32,265 nucleotides of DNA from a virus (taxonomy: Duplodnaviria > Caudoviricetes): IMG/VR virus record IMGVR_UViG_3300020440_000982, positions 1 through 32,265 of that record; one strand, 5' to 3'. Position 1 is the first letter of the stretch. Every line of letters begins with the position of its first letter. A model generated the notes under the pieces. The model did not search any database. It was not told the DNA's origin and saw only the letters and a list, made by a program, of their open reading frames with translations. Both the position numbers and the translations under genes were made by a program. Positions 24,081 through 32,265 of the stretch are shown here, piece by piece.

Positions 24081-26012
24081 ATGGCATTTCAAGTATCACC
24101 AGGCGTTCTCGTACAAGAAAAGGATTTAACAAACATAATCCCTGCTGTATCTACTTCAATTGGAGCATATGCTTTCAATACGAAGAGAGGTCCAGTATCA
24201 GAAGTAACTTTGATATCTTCTGAACAGGAACTAGTGTCTGTTTTTGGAAAACCTGATACAAGTAACTTTGAAGAGTATTTTACTGCTTCAAGTTTCCTTC
24301 AGTATTCTAATTCTTTGAAGGTAGTAAGAACGGAAAATACTGGTATAAAAAACGCTGTAACAAATTCTGGTACAGCACTATTGGTTAGAAATACTGACCA
24401 TTACAATTCTACATACTTGGCAACTGGACCATATGTTGGAACTCCAGGTATTGAGTTTATTGCTCGTTTTGCTGGCGCTTATGGAAACGCTTTAAGTGTT
24501 TCAGTATGTGCTTCTGCAACTGCGTATGAGCAACAGGCTGTTACTACGGTTAACGATTCCGCTGTTTCTGTAAACGATACAACGATTACGGTTACAAGTG
24601 GAACTAATATAAATGTAGGTGATATACTTGCATTTTCAACAACTGCGGCTACTAACGACTATGACGATGGTCAAGAGTACGAAGTAACCGTTGTGTCTAC
24701 TAATGATATTACTATTAAGAAAAAAGGTAGTACTGGTGGATTAACAAGAGTTATTACAAATGGCTCTAATGTTAGAAGAAGATGGAAATATTACGACCAA
24801 GTAAGTGGTGCGCCAGGAACAAGTCCTGATGTATTGGCTGCTGGTGGTTCTAATGACGAACTACATATTATCGTAGTAGATACTGACGGTTCTATCAATG
24901 GTACAAAAAACGAAGTACTAGAAGTATACGAAAAAGTATCAAAGGCATCCGATAGTAAAGACGCAAGTGGAAATAATAATTTCTATCCAGAAGTTATCTA
25001 TAGACAATCGTCATTCATCTATTGGGGTGACCACAACTCAAACGGAACAAATTGGGGTGGAGCAAAGACACTTGCTTTCACCGATGTTTCTGCTCCATTC
25101 TCACACACTTTCACAGGTGGTGTAGATGGTACGGCAACTGACGGTGTAAGAAAGACTGCCTTTGAATATTTCCAAGATAGTGAATCCGTTGATGTTGGAT
25201 TAATTATGGCTGGTAATGCAAGTGCAAACTTAATCGGTGATTTAATTACAATCGCTGAAACAAGAAAAGATTGTGTTGTATTCGCAAGTCCTGAAAGAAG
25301 TGATGTAGTAAATATTGCTTCTGCAATTAATCAAACGAATAATGTACTAGCATTCTTCAACACTATCCAATCATCTTCATATGTTATTTTTGATAGTGGT
25401 TACAAATATATGTACGACAGATATAATGATGTCTACAGATATGTACCATTAAACGGTGATATGGCTGGTTTGTCTGCAAGAACAGACCTAACTAATGACG
25501 CTTGGTTCTCACCTGCTGGATTAAACAGAGGTATTATCAGAGGCGCTGTTAAGTTGGCGTACAATCCTAATAAGACACAAAGAGACGAATTATACAGAGC
25601 AAGAATTAATCCTGTAGTTTCTTTCCCTGGACAAGGTATAATCTTATTTGGAGATAAAACTGGTCTTACAACACCTTCAGCATTTGATAGAATAAATGTA
25701 AGAAGATTGTTCATAGTATTAGAGAAGGCAATCGCTACTGCTTCTAAATTTCAACTCTTTGAATTCAACGATGAATTTACAAGGGCTAACTTTAGAAACC
25801 TAGTAGAACCTTTCCTAAGAGAAGTACAAGGTCGTAGAGGTATCACAGACTTTTTAGTAGTATGTGATGAAACTAACAACACAGGTGAAGTCGTTGACAG
25901 AAACGAGTTTATTGCAGAGATTTATATTAAACCTGCGAGAAGCATTAACTTCATAACACTTTCATTTGTGGCAACAAGAACAGGCGTGGCTTTTGAAGAA
26001 GTCGCTGGCTAA
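24081..26012 (+). CDS. gp18: Tail sheath protein
   Basis: SPGVLVQEKDLT, FLQYSN.L.VVR, YKYMYDRYND, WFSPAGLNRG, FDRINVRRLF, IKPARSINFI.L.FVATRTG. Confidence 0.97.
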   Translation: MAFQVSPGVLVQEKDLTNIIPAVSTSIGAYAFNTKRGPVSEVTLISSEQELVSVFGKPDTSNFEEYFTASSFLQYSNSLKVVRTENTGIKNAVTNSGTALLVRNTDHYNSTYLATGPYVGTPGIEFIARFAGAYGNALSVSVCASATAYEQQAVTTVNDSAVSVNDTTITVTSGTNINVGDILAFSTTAATNDYDDGQEYEVTVVSTNDITIKKKGSTGGLTRVITNGSNVRRRWKYYDQVSGAPGTSPDVLAAGGSNDELHIIVVDTDGSINGTKNEVLEVYEKVSKASDSKDASGNNNFYPEVIYRQSSFIYWGDHNSNGTNWGGAKTLAFTDVSAPFSHTFTGGVDGTATDGVRKTAFEYFQDSESVDVGLIMAGNASANLIGDLITIAETRKDCVVFASPERSDVVNIASAINQTNNVLAFFNTIQSSSYVIFDSGYKYMYDRYNDVYRYVPLNGDMAGLSARTDLTNDAWFSPAGLNRGIIRGAVKLAYNPNKTQRDELYRARINPVVSFPGQGIILFGDKTGLTTPSAFDRINVRRLFIVLEKAIATASKFQLFEFNDEFTRANFRNLVEPFLREVQGRRGITDFLVVCDETNNTGEVVDRNEFIAEIYIKPARSINFITLSFVATRTGVAFEEVAG

Positions 26013-26036
26013 TCAAGTATAGAGGAGAAATAGAAA

Positions 26037-26564
26037 ATGGCAAACATTAATGACTTCAAAACTAAACTTGCAGGCGGTGGTGCTAGAGCCAATCAGTTTA
26101 AGGTAACAATGCCTTTTCCTGGTTACGCCCAAGTTGGTGGAGAAACCGAAGAACTGGCATTCTTATGTCAGGCAACTTCTATTCCTGCAATGGCAATTGG
26201 AACTACAACGGTAAACTTCCGTGGTAGACCAGTATACCTTGCGGCTGATAGAACATTTGAACCTTGGTCAATTACGGTATTGAATGACACGAACTTTAAA
26301 TTAAGAGACGCTTTTGAAAGATGGCAGAATGGTATCAACAATATGTCTGATAACGAAGGATTAGTTAATCCTGTAGACTATCAAGTTGACGCTTTTATTG
26401 ACCACCTTGACAGAAATGGGTCTACAATTAAATCATACACTTTAAGAGGTTGTTTCCCAACTTCTATCGGTACTATTGATTTAAGTATGGAACCAACAGA
26501 AGCAGTTGAAACTTTTGAAGTATCGTTCAGATACCTATTCTTTGAAGCAAGAACAACTACTTAA
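26037..26564 (+). CDS. gp19: Tail tube protein
   Basis: GGARANQFKV, FRGR...AADRTFEPWSITVLND..F..R.AFERW, FPTSIG.IDL. Confidence 0.95.
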   Translation: MANINDFKTKLAGGGARANQFKVTMPFPGYAQVGGETEELAFLCQATSIPAMAIGTTTVNFRGRPVYLAADRTFEPWSITVLNDTNFKLRDAFERWQNGINNMSDNEGLVNPVDYQVDAFIDHLDRNGSTIKSYTLRGCFPTSIGTIDLSMEPTEAVETFEVSFRYLFFEARTTT

Positions 26565-26571
26565 TAACTGA

Positions 26572-26579
26572 CATAAATA
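26572..26579 (+). promoter_or_regulatory. Late promoter variant (CATAAATA) for gp20
   Basis: ATAAATA core in the gp19-gp20 gap. Confidence 0.7.
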
Positions 26580-26605
26580 TTATATAATAATAGTGAGGAT
26601 ATAAA

Positions 26606-28129
26606 ATGGCGGAACTTTTCGGATTTCAAATAACTAGAGTAAAAGATACTCCAGACCCGAAACAAAGTTTTACACAACCTAAAGCGGACGACGGAACACA
26701 AACCGTTGCCGCTGGAGGTTATTTTGGTCAGTACCTTGATATGGAAGGTACAGCAAAGACTGAACAAGACTTAATTCGGAGATACAGAGAGATATCTATT
26801 CACCCAGAGTGCGATATGGCAATTGAAGATATTGTCAATGAAGCAATTGTGGCTAACGAAATAGATAAGGACCCTGTCAGAGTAGACTTGTCGGATACAT
26901 CGTTTTCGGATGATGTTAAAAGAAAAGTTGAGAATGAATTTAAAGAAGTATTAAGGTTAATGAACTTTAGTACAAAAGGACACGACATATTCAGAAGATG
27001 GTATGTTGACGGAAGAATTTATTATCATAAAGTAATTGATAGAGAAAGTCCTATCAAAGGGTTAACAGAGTTAAGATATATTGACCCTAGAAAAATTAAG
27101 AAGATAAGAGAAATTAAAAAAGGAAGACCTGCTCCTATCGCAAATATTCAAGTCATACACGACTATAATGAATATTTTTTATACAATGAAAAAGGTGTTG
27201 CAGGACCTGGTATGGCGAGTGGTGGTATTAAGATTGCTACAGACGCCATTGCTTTTTGTCCAAGTGGATTAGTAGACTTGAACAAAAATATGGTTATGTC
27301 GTATATGCACAAAGCGATTAAACCAGTCAATCAATTAAGAATGATTGAAGACGCTGTTGTAATTTACAGAATTGCAAGGGCACCAGAAAGAAGAATTTTT
27401 AAAATTGATGTAGGTAATTTACCTAAAGTAAAAGCGGAACAATATCTGCGTGATGTAATGGCAAGATACAGAAATAAACTTGTCTATGACGCAAGTACTG
27501 GTGAAATTAGAGACGATAGAAACTATATGTCTATGCTTGAAGACTTTTGGTTACCTAGTAGAGAAGGTGGAAGAGGTACTGATATATCAACATTACCTGG
27601 TGGACAAAACCTAGGTGAAGTTGCAGATATAGAATACTTCCAAAAGAAACTCTACAGAAGTTTAAATGTACCAGTTAGTAGACTAGAAGCGTCTTCTGGT
27701 TTTAATCTAGGTAGAAGTACAGAGATTACAAGAGACGAACTAAAGTTTACAAAATTTGTACAAAGATTAAGAAAGAAATTTACAGATTTATTTAATGATT
27801 TACTTAAAACACAATTAGTTTTAAAGGCAATCATAAATGAAGAAGACTGGATTGGTGTTGGTGAGAAAATCAAATACGACTTTCTTGCTGATGGCCATTT
27901 CTCTGAACTGAAAAATGCAGAACTATTAAGAGAAAGAATAGGTCTTGCAAATGATGTTAGAGACTATGTTGGTAAATATTTCTCTGTTAAGTATGTTAGA
28001 CAGAATATTCTGAAACAATCTGAAAGAGAAATGAGAGACATAGACAATCAAATTAAAAAAGAAATAGATGATGGCATTATTGCGTCACCACAAACAAGTG
28101 TTGGTGCAGACGATGACACAATATTATAA
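26606..28129 (+). CDS. gp20: Portal vertex protein
   Basis: FRRWYVDGR, NQLRMIEDAVVIYRIARAPERRIF.IDVGNLPK.KAEQY, MLEDFWLP.REGGRGT, ITRDELKF.KF. Confidence 0.97.
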   Translation: MAELFGFQITRVKDTPDPKQSFTQPKADDGTQTVAAGGYFGQYLDMEGTAKTEQDLIRRYREISIHPECDMAIEDIVNEAIVANEIDKDPVRVDLSDTSFSDDVKRKVENEFKEVLRLMNFSTKGHDIFRRWYVDGRIYYHKVIDRESPIKGLTELRYIDPRKIKKIREIKKGRPAPIANIQVIHDYNEYFLYNEKGVAGPGMASGGIKIATDAIAFCPSGLVDLNKNMVMSYMHKAIKPVNQLRMIEDAVVIYRIARAPERRIFKIDVGNLPKVKAEQYLRDVMARYRNKLVYDASTGEIRDDRNYMSMLEDFWLPSREGGRGTDISTLPGGQNLGEVADIEYFQKKLYRSLNVPVSRLEASSGFNLGRSTEITRDELKFTKFVQRLRKKFTDLFNDLLKTQLVLKAIINEEDWIGVGEKIKYDFLADGHFSELKNAELLRERIGLANDVRDYVGKYFSVKYVRQNILKQSEREMRDIDNQIKKEIDDGIIASPQTSVGADDDTIL

Positions 28130-28140
28130 GGAGAAATAAA

Positions 28141-28461
28141 ATGGCTGATAATGAACAACCAAATAATGTAAACACTTTTGTTGATAAACTTGCAAGTGGA
28201 GATAATACAGGTGCTGGTGAAGCATTTAAAGACGCATTGAGAGACAAAGTAGGAGCAGAGTTAGACGCACAAAGAAAAACTTACGCTTCATCTTTATTCA
28301 ATACGGCTTCAGATGTATTGCACGGCGAACAACCTGAAGCAGAAAGTCATTCGGACCCAAAACCAGAAGTGGCAAGTCCGTTGACACAAAATGCTAGTCA
28401 GGATGAAGTACAACAAGCATTTAGTCAGACAGATAGTGCTGACACTAAACAAGGAGAATAA
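28141..28461 (+). CDS. gp67: Prohead core protein, gp67-like
   Basis: FVDKLASGDN..A.EAFKDAL..KV...LD..RK..A..LF resembles T4 gp67. Acidic tail. Position right after the portal gene. Confidence 0.6.
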   Translation: MADNEQPNNVNTFVDKLASGDNTGAGEAFKDALRDKVGAELDAQRKTYASSLFNTASDVLHGEQPEAESHSDPKPEVASPLTQNASQDEVQQAFSQTDSADTKQGE

Positions 28462-28464
28462 ACG

Positions 28465-28701
28465 ATGGCATTAACGGTATCATCAATTGTAGAAAACACT
28501 AGTGGCTTTGTTGCAAACGACAAATACAATGCTCTTTCACCAGCTCTTAAAGACGCTGTAAAAGTATTGATTGAAAGTTTGGACGGAGTAGACTGGTCTA
28601 ATCCACAAGATTTAAAAGACATTATAGAAACTAAAGTTACTGAAGTTGCAACTAGTGAAGGCGTTGAAGCGTCTGACCTAACTGCGTATTTCTCGGAGTA
28701 A
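28465..28701 (+). CDS. Hypothetical acidic helical protein (possible prohead core)
   Basis: 78 aa, GGAG RBS, tightly packed in the head operon. Confidence 0.55.
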   Translation: MALTVSSIVENTSGFVANDKYNALSPALKDAVKVLIESLDGVDWSNPQDLKDIIETKVTEVATSEGVEASDLTAYFSE

Positions 28702-28706
28702 TAACA

Positions 28707-28961
28707 ATGAGTATATACAAAGTATTAGGTAGTGCTGTTGCAGGTACTATTTCAGATAACAATATTGGTAGTGCTTCAACTATAAGAGTTGTTGCAACTG
28801 CTGGAACAAATACTATTACCGTAAAGAACTCTGGTGGTTCTACAATCGGTACAATATATTTACACGCTGCTGGAGATAGTATTGATATTAGAAAAGACCA
28901 AACTGATACAATCTCAACAAGTGCGGCTGCGAATGTAACTAGTGTTAGAATAGGCGGCTAA
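28707..28961 (+). CDS. Small beta-rich putative head protein
   Basis: 84 aa, Ser/Thr/Gly/Ile-rich, GGAG RBS. Confidence 0.55.
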   Translation: MSIYKVLGSAVAGTISDNNIGSASTIRVVATAGTNTITVKNSGGSTIGTIYLHAAGDSIDIRKDQTDTISTSAAANVTSVRIGG

Positions 28962-28962
28962 T

Positions 28963-29307
28963 ATGGCTTTAAGTATTGTCTCAAAAGTAGACGATACCAC
29001 GAAGGCAATATTAAGCGTTAGTGGTGCGGTAAACGAAAGTGGAACTTTATATTCTGCTTCAAGTAATGTATCATTGGCAAATGTTTATTACGAAATAAGA
29101 GGTACTGGAACGGCGGTTTTAACTCTAGGTGATGACACTTTGAGTTTGACAGGTTTCGGTAATTGGGGATTGAAAGAAGGCGAAAAAAGAAAAGTCCCCT
29201 TAACGAATTTAAATAGTGGCGTAGAGTTAACGATAACTACAGACGCCAATGTTAGTAAATTTAATATGGCAATAGAATTGCAAAAAGAGACGGAGAGTTA
29301 TAACTAA
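28963..29307 (+). CDS. Small beta-rich putative head protein (paralogue of next ORF)
   Basis: 114 aa. LANVYYEI / LSLTGFGNW / FNMAIELQK parallel motifs in the next ORF. Confidence 0.55.
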   Translation: MALSIVSKVDDTTKAILSVSGAVNESGTLYSASSNVSLANVYYEIRGTGTAVLTLGDDTLSLTGFGNWGLKEGEKRKVPLTNLNSGVELTITTDANVSKFNMAIELQKETESYN

Positions 29308-29702
29308 TGGCTGACGCAATAACACAACAAATTATATCGGATACAGCAGGCAATAAGTATGTTGTAAAACAAACTAACTTTAGTGATGGTACAGGAGAGA
29401 CTGATACCGTTATAGTTAATCCGACTACATCTAATTTTATGTCGGCAGACGGTACCAAAGAAATTGCAAAGGTTTGGTATTCTGTTAATACTAGTAATTC
29501 AAAATCAGCAGTAGAGATTGCTTGGGGAGGCGCTTCTGCGAATACAACTGCATTACTATTAAGTGGTAATGGGTATTTAGATTTTAGAACTTCTGGTAAT
29601 GATGTTACAAACAATGCGACAAATCCTAATGGATATGTCTATTTAAGTACTAAAAACTTTGCATTAGGTGACAATTATACTATTGTCATTGAATTTAGAT
29701 AA
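29307..29702 (+). CDS. Small beta-rich putative head protein
   Basis: 131 aa. TNFSDGTGET, IAKVWYSV, LLLSGNGYLDF, YTIVIEFR. TAATG overlap with the upstream ORF. Confidence 0.6.
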   Translation: MADAITQQIISDTAGNKYVVKQTNFSDGTGETDTVIVNPTTSNFMSADGTKEIAKVWYSVNTSNSKSAVEIAWGGASANTTALLLSGNGYLDFRTSGNDVTNNATNPNGYVYLSTKNFALGDNYTIVIEFR

Positions 29703-29709
29703 AAAATAT

Positions 29710-29717
29710 TATAAATA
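29710..29717 (+). promoter_or_regulatory. T4-type late promoter (TATAAATA) for gp21
   Basis: Exact consensus, 24 nt before ATG 29742. Confidence 0.8.
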
Positions 29718-29741
29718 TTAGGAAAGAGAGAGACTACTATT

Positions 29742-30386
29742 ATGAAATTAATAACAGAATCCATAGACGCAGAATATATCGTTGAGGAAAAAGGCGGTAA
29801 AAAGGATTACAAAATCAGAGGTGTATTTTTACAATCTGAAATTAAGAACCGTAATGGTAGAGTATATCCTAAAGAGACACTTGCTAAAGAAGTAAGTAGA
29901 TATAACAGAGAATTTGTTGAGCAGAAAAGGGCATTTGGTGAGTTAGGACATCCTGACGGACCAACCGTTAATTTAGAGAGAGTATCACATATGATTACTA
30001 ATCTCTATCCTGATGGTAATAACTTTATCGGCGAAGCAAAAATAATGGACACTCCATATGGTAAGATTGTTAAAAATCTTATTGACGAAGGCGCTAAATT
30101 AGGCGTTTCTTCAAGAGGTATGGGTTCATTACAAAGAGGCAGAGGTGGTGAGGCAATGGTCGGAAAAGACTTTTATCTTGCAACTGCGGCCGATATAGTT
30201 GCCGACCCATCGGCTCCAGACGCTTTCGTAGAAGGAATTATGGAAGGAAAAGAGTGGATATGGGAAAACGGTGTGATTAAACAAAAAGAAATTGAAGAAT
30301 ATAAAGAGTATATTCAAGAGGCAAAACGATTGAAAATTGCAGAAGCGAAGGCTAAAGTGTTCAAATCGTTCCTTAAAGGATTATAA
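29742..30386 (+). CDS. gp21: Prohead protease
   Basis: GVFLQSEIKNRNGRVYP, GELGHP, TPYGKIVK.L...G.KLGVSSRGMGS, DIVADPSAPDAFV. Confidence 0.96.
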   Translation: MKLITESIDAEYIVEEKGGKKDYKIRGVFLQSEIKNRNGRVYPKETLAKEVSRYNREFVEQKRAFGELGHPDGPTVNLERVSHMITNLYPDGNNFIGEAKIMDTPYGKIVKNLIDEGAKLGVSSRGMGSLQRGRGGEAMVGKDFYLATAADIVADPSAPDAFVEGIMEGKEWIWENGVIKQKEIEEYKEYIQEAKRLKIAEAKAKVFKSFLKGL

Positions 30387-30389
30387 TCT

Positions 30390-30397
30390 TATAAATA
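30390..30397 (+). promoter_or_regulatory. T4-type late promoter (TATAAATA) for gp22-gp23
   Basis: Exact consensus in the gp21-gp22 gap. Confidence 0.8.
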
Positions 30398-30409
30398 TTA
30401 TTCAAGAAG

Positions 30410-30427
30410 AAAAAATAATTATTTTTT
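30410..30427. repeat. Perfect 18-bp palindrome AAAAAATAATTATTTTTT in the gp22 leader
   Basis: Self reverse-complementary, A/T only, between promoter and RBS. Confidence 0.65.
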
Positions 30428-30460
30428 TACTAAAAAATACGATTAAAGGAGAACTTCAAT

Positions 30461-31621
30461 ATGGCCGAGACAGAAAAGCAAGTTGCCGAAATGACGGTGG
30501 CAGACGCTCCGAAAAAGAACGCTGTTCCTGCTGAAAATTCACCTCTTTCAAACGAGGCTGAAGATTTAGGTACTGCTGTAGTTAAACCTACAGATAGTAA
30601 TCCTGACGCAACGAAAAAAGTTAAACCTGTTTCAGGTGACGCCCAACAGAAAAATGCTGGTGCGGCTGACCCAATGCCTTCTGCAAAGAAGGAAGAAACA
30701 GAAAATTCTGAAGGCGAGAAGATTTCCGAGGGAGAAATGCCTGACGGTCTAAAAAAATATCTTGACAAGAAAAAAGACAAGTCTGAAGACGCTCACAAAG
30801 ATGAAAAATCTAAAGAAGAGGGTTATAAGATGAGTAAGAAAGAAGATGTTAAAGATGACCAGAAAGCAAAAGATGTTGATGTTAAAGAACACATTGACGC
30901 TTTAACCTCTGGAGAAGACGACTTGTCAGAAGAATTTAAAGCCAAGGCTGCTACTATATTTGAAGCTGCGATTACTTCTAAAGTAAAAGAAATTGCAGAA
31001 GAAATGGAAGCAGATTACAATACGAAATTTGAAACTGAAACTTCTAAAGTAAAATCTGAACTTGTAGAAAAAGTTGACCAATACTTAAACTATGTTGTAC
31101 AAGAATGGATGAAAGAAAACGAACTTGCTGTTGAAAAAGGCATTAAGGGCGAAATTGCGGAAGATTTCATTAACGGTCTGAAAAAACTATTTGAAGACCA
31201 TTACATTGATGTACCTGATGAAAAATATGATGTGTTAGAGGACCAGGCTTCAAAAATTGAAGAACTGGAAAACAAACTGAACGAACAGATTGCTAAAAAT
31301 GTAGAACTGAACGCAGATAAAGGTCTGCAAGAAAAGTCTATAATTTTGGCTGATGTTTCTTCTGATTTGGCAGACACTTCTAAAGAGAAGTTTGCTAAAC
31401 TTACAGAAGAAGTTGAGTTTACAAATGCTGAAGATTTTAGAACTAAAGTGATGACAATTAAAGAGAGTTACTTTGGAGTAAAAAAAGAAGCAAACTCTGA
31501 CAGCGAAGTAGATAATGCGGTAGCTGATACGAACGGTGTAGACAATACGGCGGACTTATCTAGTGCAATGGCTGCTTATACTACCGCTATTAGTAAAACA
31601 AAAGATATTAAGTTATCTTAA
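30461..31621 (+). CDS. gp22: Prohead core scaffold protein
   Basis: LSEEFK.KAATIFEAA, VDQYLNYVVQEWMKEN.LAVE.GIK.EIAEDFI.GLK.LFE.HYI.VP, IKESYF. Long disordered charged N-terminus. Confidence 0.93.
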   Translation: MAETEKQVAEMTVADAPKKNAVPAENSPLSNEAEDLGTAVVKPTDSNPDATKKVKPVSGDAQQKNAGAADPMPSAKKEETENSEGEKISEGEMPDGLKKYLDKKKDKSEDAHKDEKSKEEGYKMSKKEDVKDDQKAKDVDVKEHIDALTSGEDDLSEEFKAKAATIFEAAITSKVKEIAEEMEADYNTKFETETSKVKSELVEKVDQYLNYVVQEWMKENELAVEKGIKGEIAEDFINGLKKLFEDHYIDVPDEKYDVLEDQASKIEELENKLNEQIAKNVELNADKGLQEKSIILADVSSDLADTSKEKFAKLTEEVEFTNAEDFRTKVMTIKESYFGVKKEANSDSEVDNAVADTNGVDNTADLSSAMAAYTTAISKTKDIKLS

Positions 31622-31651
31622 TATCACTTTTAAAGGAGAGAGGAACAAGAT

Positions 31652-32265
31652 ATGTACTTATCTGAAAACTACCAAAAAAAGTGGCAGCCAGTATTAGACC
31701 ATCCTGATTTACCAAAAATCAGCGATAGTTACAAGAGAGCTGTTACAAGTGTTATTCTTGAAAACCAAGAAAATGCACTAAAAGAAGACGCTCAGTTTAT
31801 GACTGAAGCGGCGCCGACAAACGCTACTGGTTCTAATGTTGCGAACTGGGATCCAATTCTTATTTCACTAGTAAGAAGAGCAATGCCTAACCTTATTGCT
31901 TATGATATTGCTGGTGTACAACCAATGTCAGGTCCAACAGGCTTGATATTTGCAATGAGAAGCAGATACAAAACGCAAGGTGGAACTGAAGCATTATTTG
32001 ATGAAGCTGAAAGTAAATTTTCTGGAAATGCTGCTAACGCAAACATTCCTGGAAGTGCTGGTACTTCAACAAATTCACAAACTAACCCTGCTGTACTAAA
32101 CGATAGCTCTGCTGGCACTTATACTGCTGGTACTGCTATGGCTACTGCAAGTGCTGAAGCACTTGGAGATAGTGCTAACAACGCTTTTGCTGAAATGGCT
32201 TTCTCAATAGAGAAAAGTACCGTTACTGCGAAGTCAAGAGCACTAAAGGCTGAGTACACAATGGA
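31652..32265 (+). CDS. gp23: Major capsid protein (5' part, runs off the window; absent from the ORF track)
   Basis: MYLSENYQKKWQPVLDH...ILENQE...WDPILISLVRRAMPNLIAYDIAGVQPMSGPTGLIFAMRSRY...FAEMAFSIEKSTVTAKSRALKAEYT. Probable gp21 cleavage near MTE52|AAP. Confidence 0.97.
   Translation, partial: MYLSENYQKKWQPVLDHPDLPKISDSYKRAVTSVILENQENALKEDAQFMTEAAPTNATGSNVANWDPILISLVRRAMPNLIAYDIAGVQPMSGPTGLIFAMRSRYKTQGGTEALFDEAESKFSGNAANANIPGSAGTSTNSQTNPAVLNDSSAGTYTAGTAMATASAEALGDSANNAFAEMAFSIEKSTVTAKSRALKAEYTM

Noticed and set aside
2054-32118. All minus-strand ORFs and short alternative-frame plus-strand ORFs in the track (e.g. 2550-2741, 11099-11425, 17796-18116, 29261-29614, 30337-30534, 30430-30780, 31900-32118)
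   Set aside because: They overlap well-supported + strand genes, show no recognisable motifs, and are the expected shadows of biased codon usage.
1-32265. tRNAs, CRISPR arrays, introns/inteins, homing endonucleases, strong intrinsic terminators, stop-codon recoding
   Set aside because: None visible: intergenic gaps are tiny, core genes have normal lengths under the standard code, and no GC-rich hairpin with a U-tract was found.

Overview
AT-rich segment of a T4-like (myovirus) phage genome, all real genes on the + strand, covering part of the late/structural region. 1-15116: tail-fibre/receptor-binding module (small adaptor-like ORFs, a 1233-aa repeat + beta-helix protein, three paralogous RCC1-like beta-propeller proteins). 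15117-18746: a translationally coupled five-gene tetrapyrrole cassette behind a perfect T4 late promoter: a degenerate heme-oxygenase paralogue, hemO, pcyX-type bilin reductase, hemA (5-aminolevulinate synthase) and a small membrane protein. 18774-32265: canonical T4 core order gp13-14-15-(2OG-Fe(II) oxygenase)-16-17-18-19-20-67-(four small ORFs)-21-22-23 (gp23 truncated by the window end). ALA synthase plus low GC suggest a marine alphaproteobacterial (possibly SAR11-like) host; this is inference. Most interesting: the apparently catalytically dead heme-oxygenase paralogue heading the late-expressed hemO-pcyX-hemA operon, the three-tip RCC1 fibre system with a shared N-terminal anchor, and an amicyanin-type copper motif inside one fibre protein. 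All family calls come from motif recognition by eye; no searches were run.
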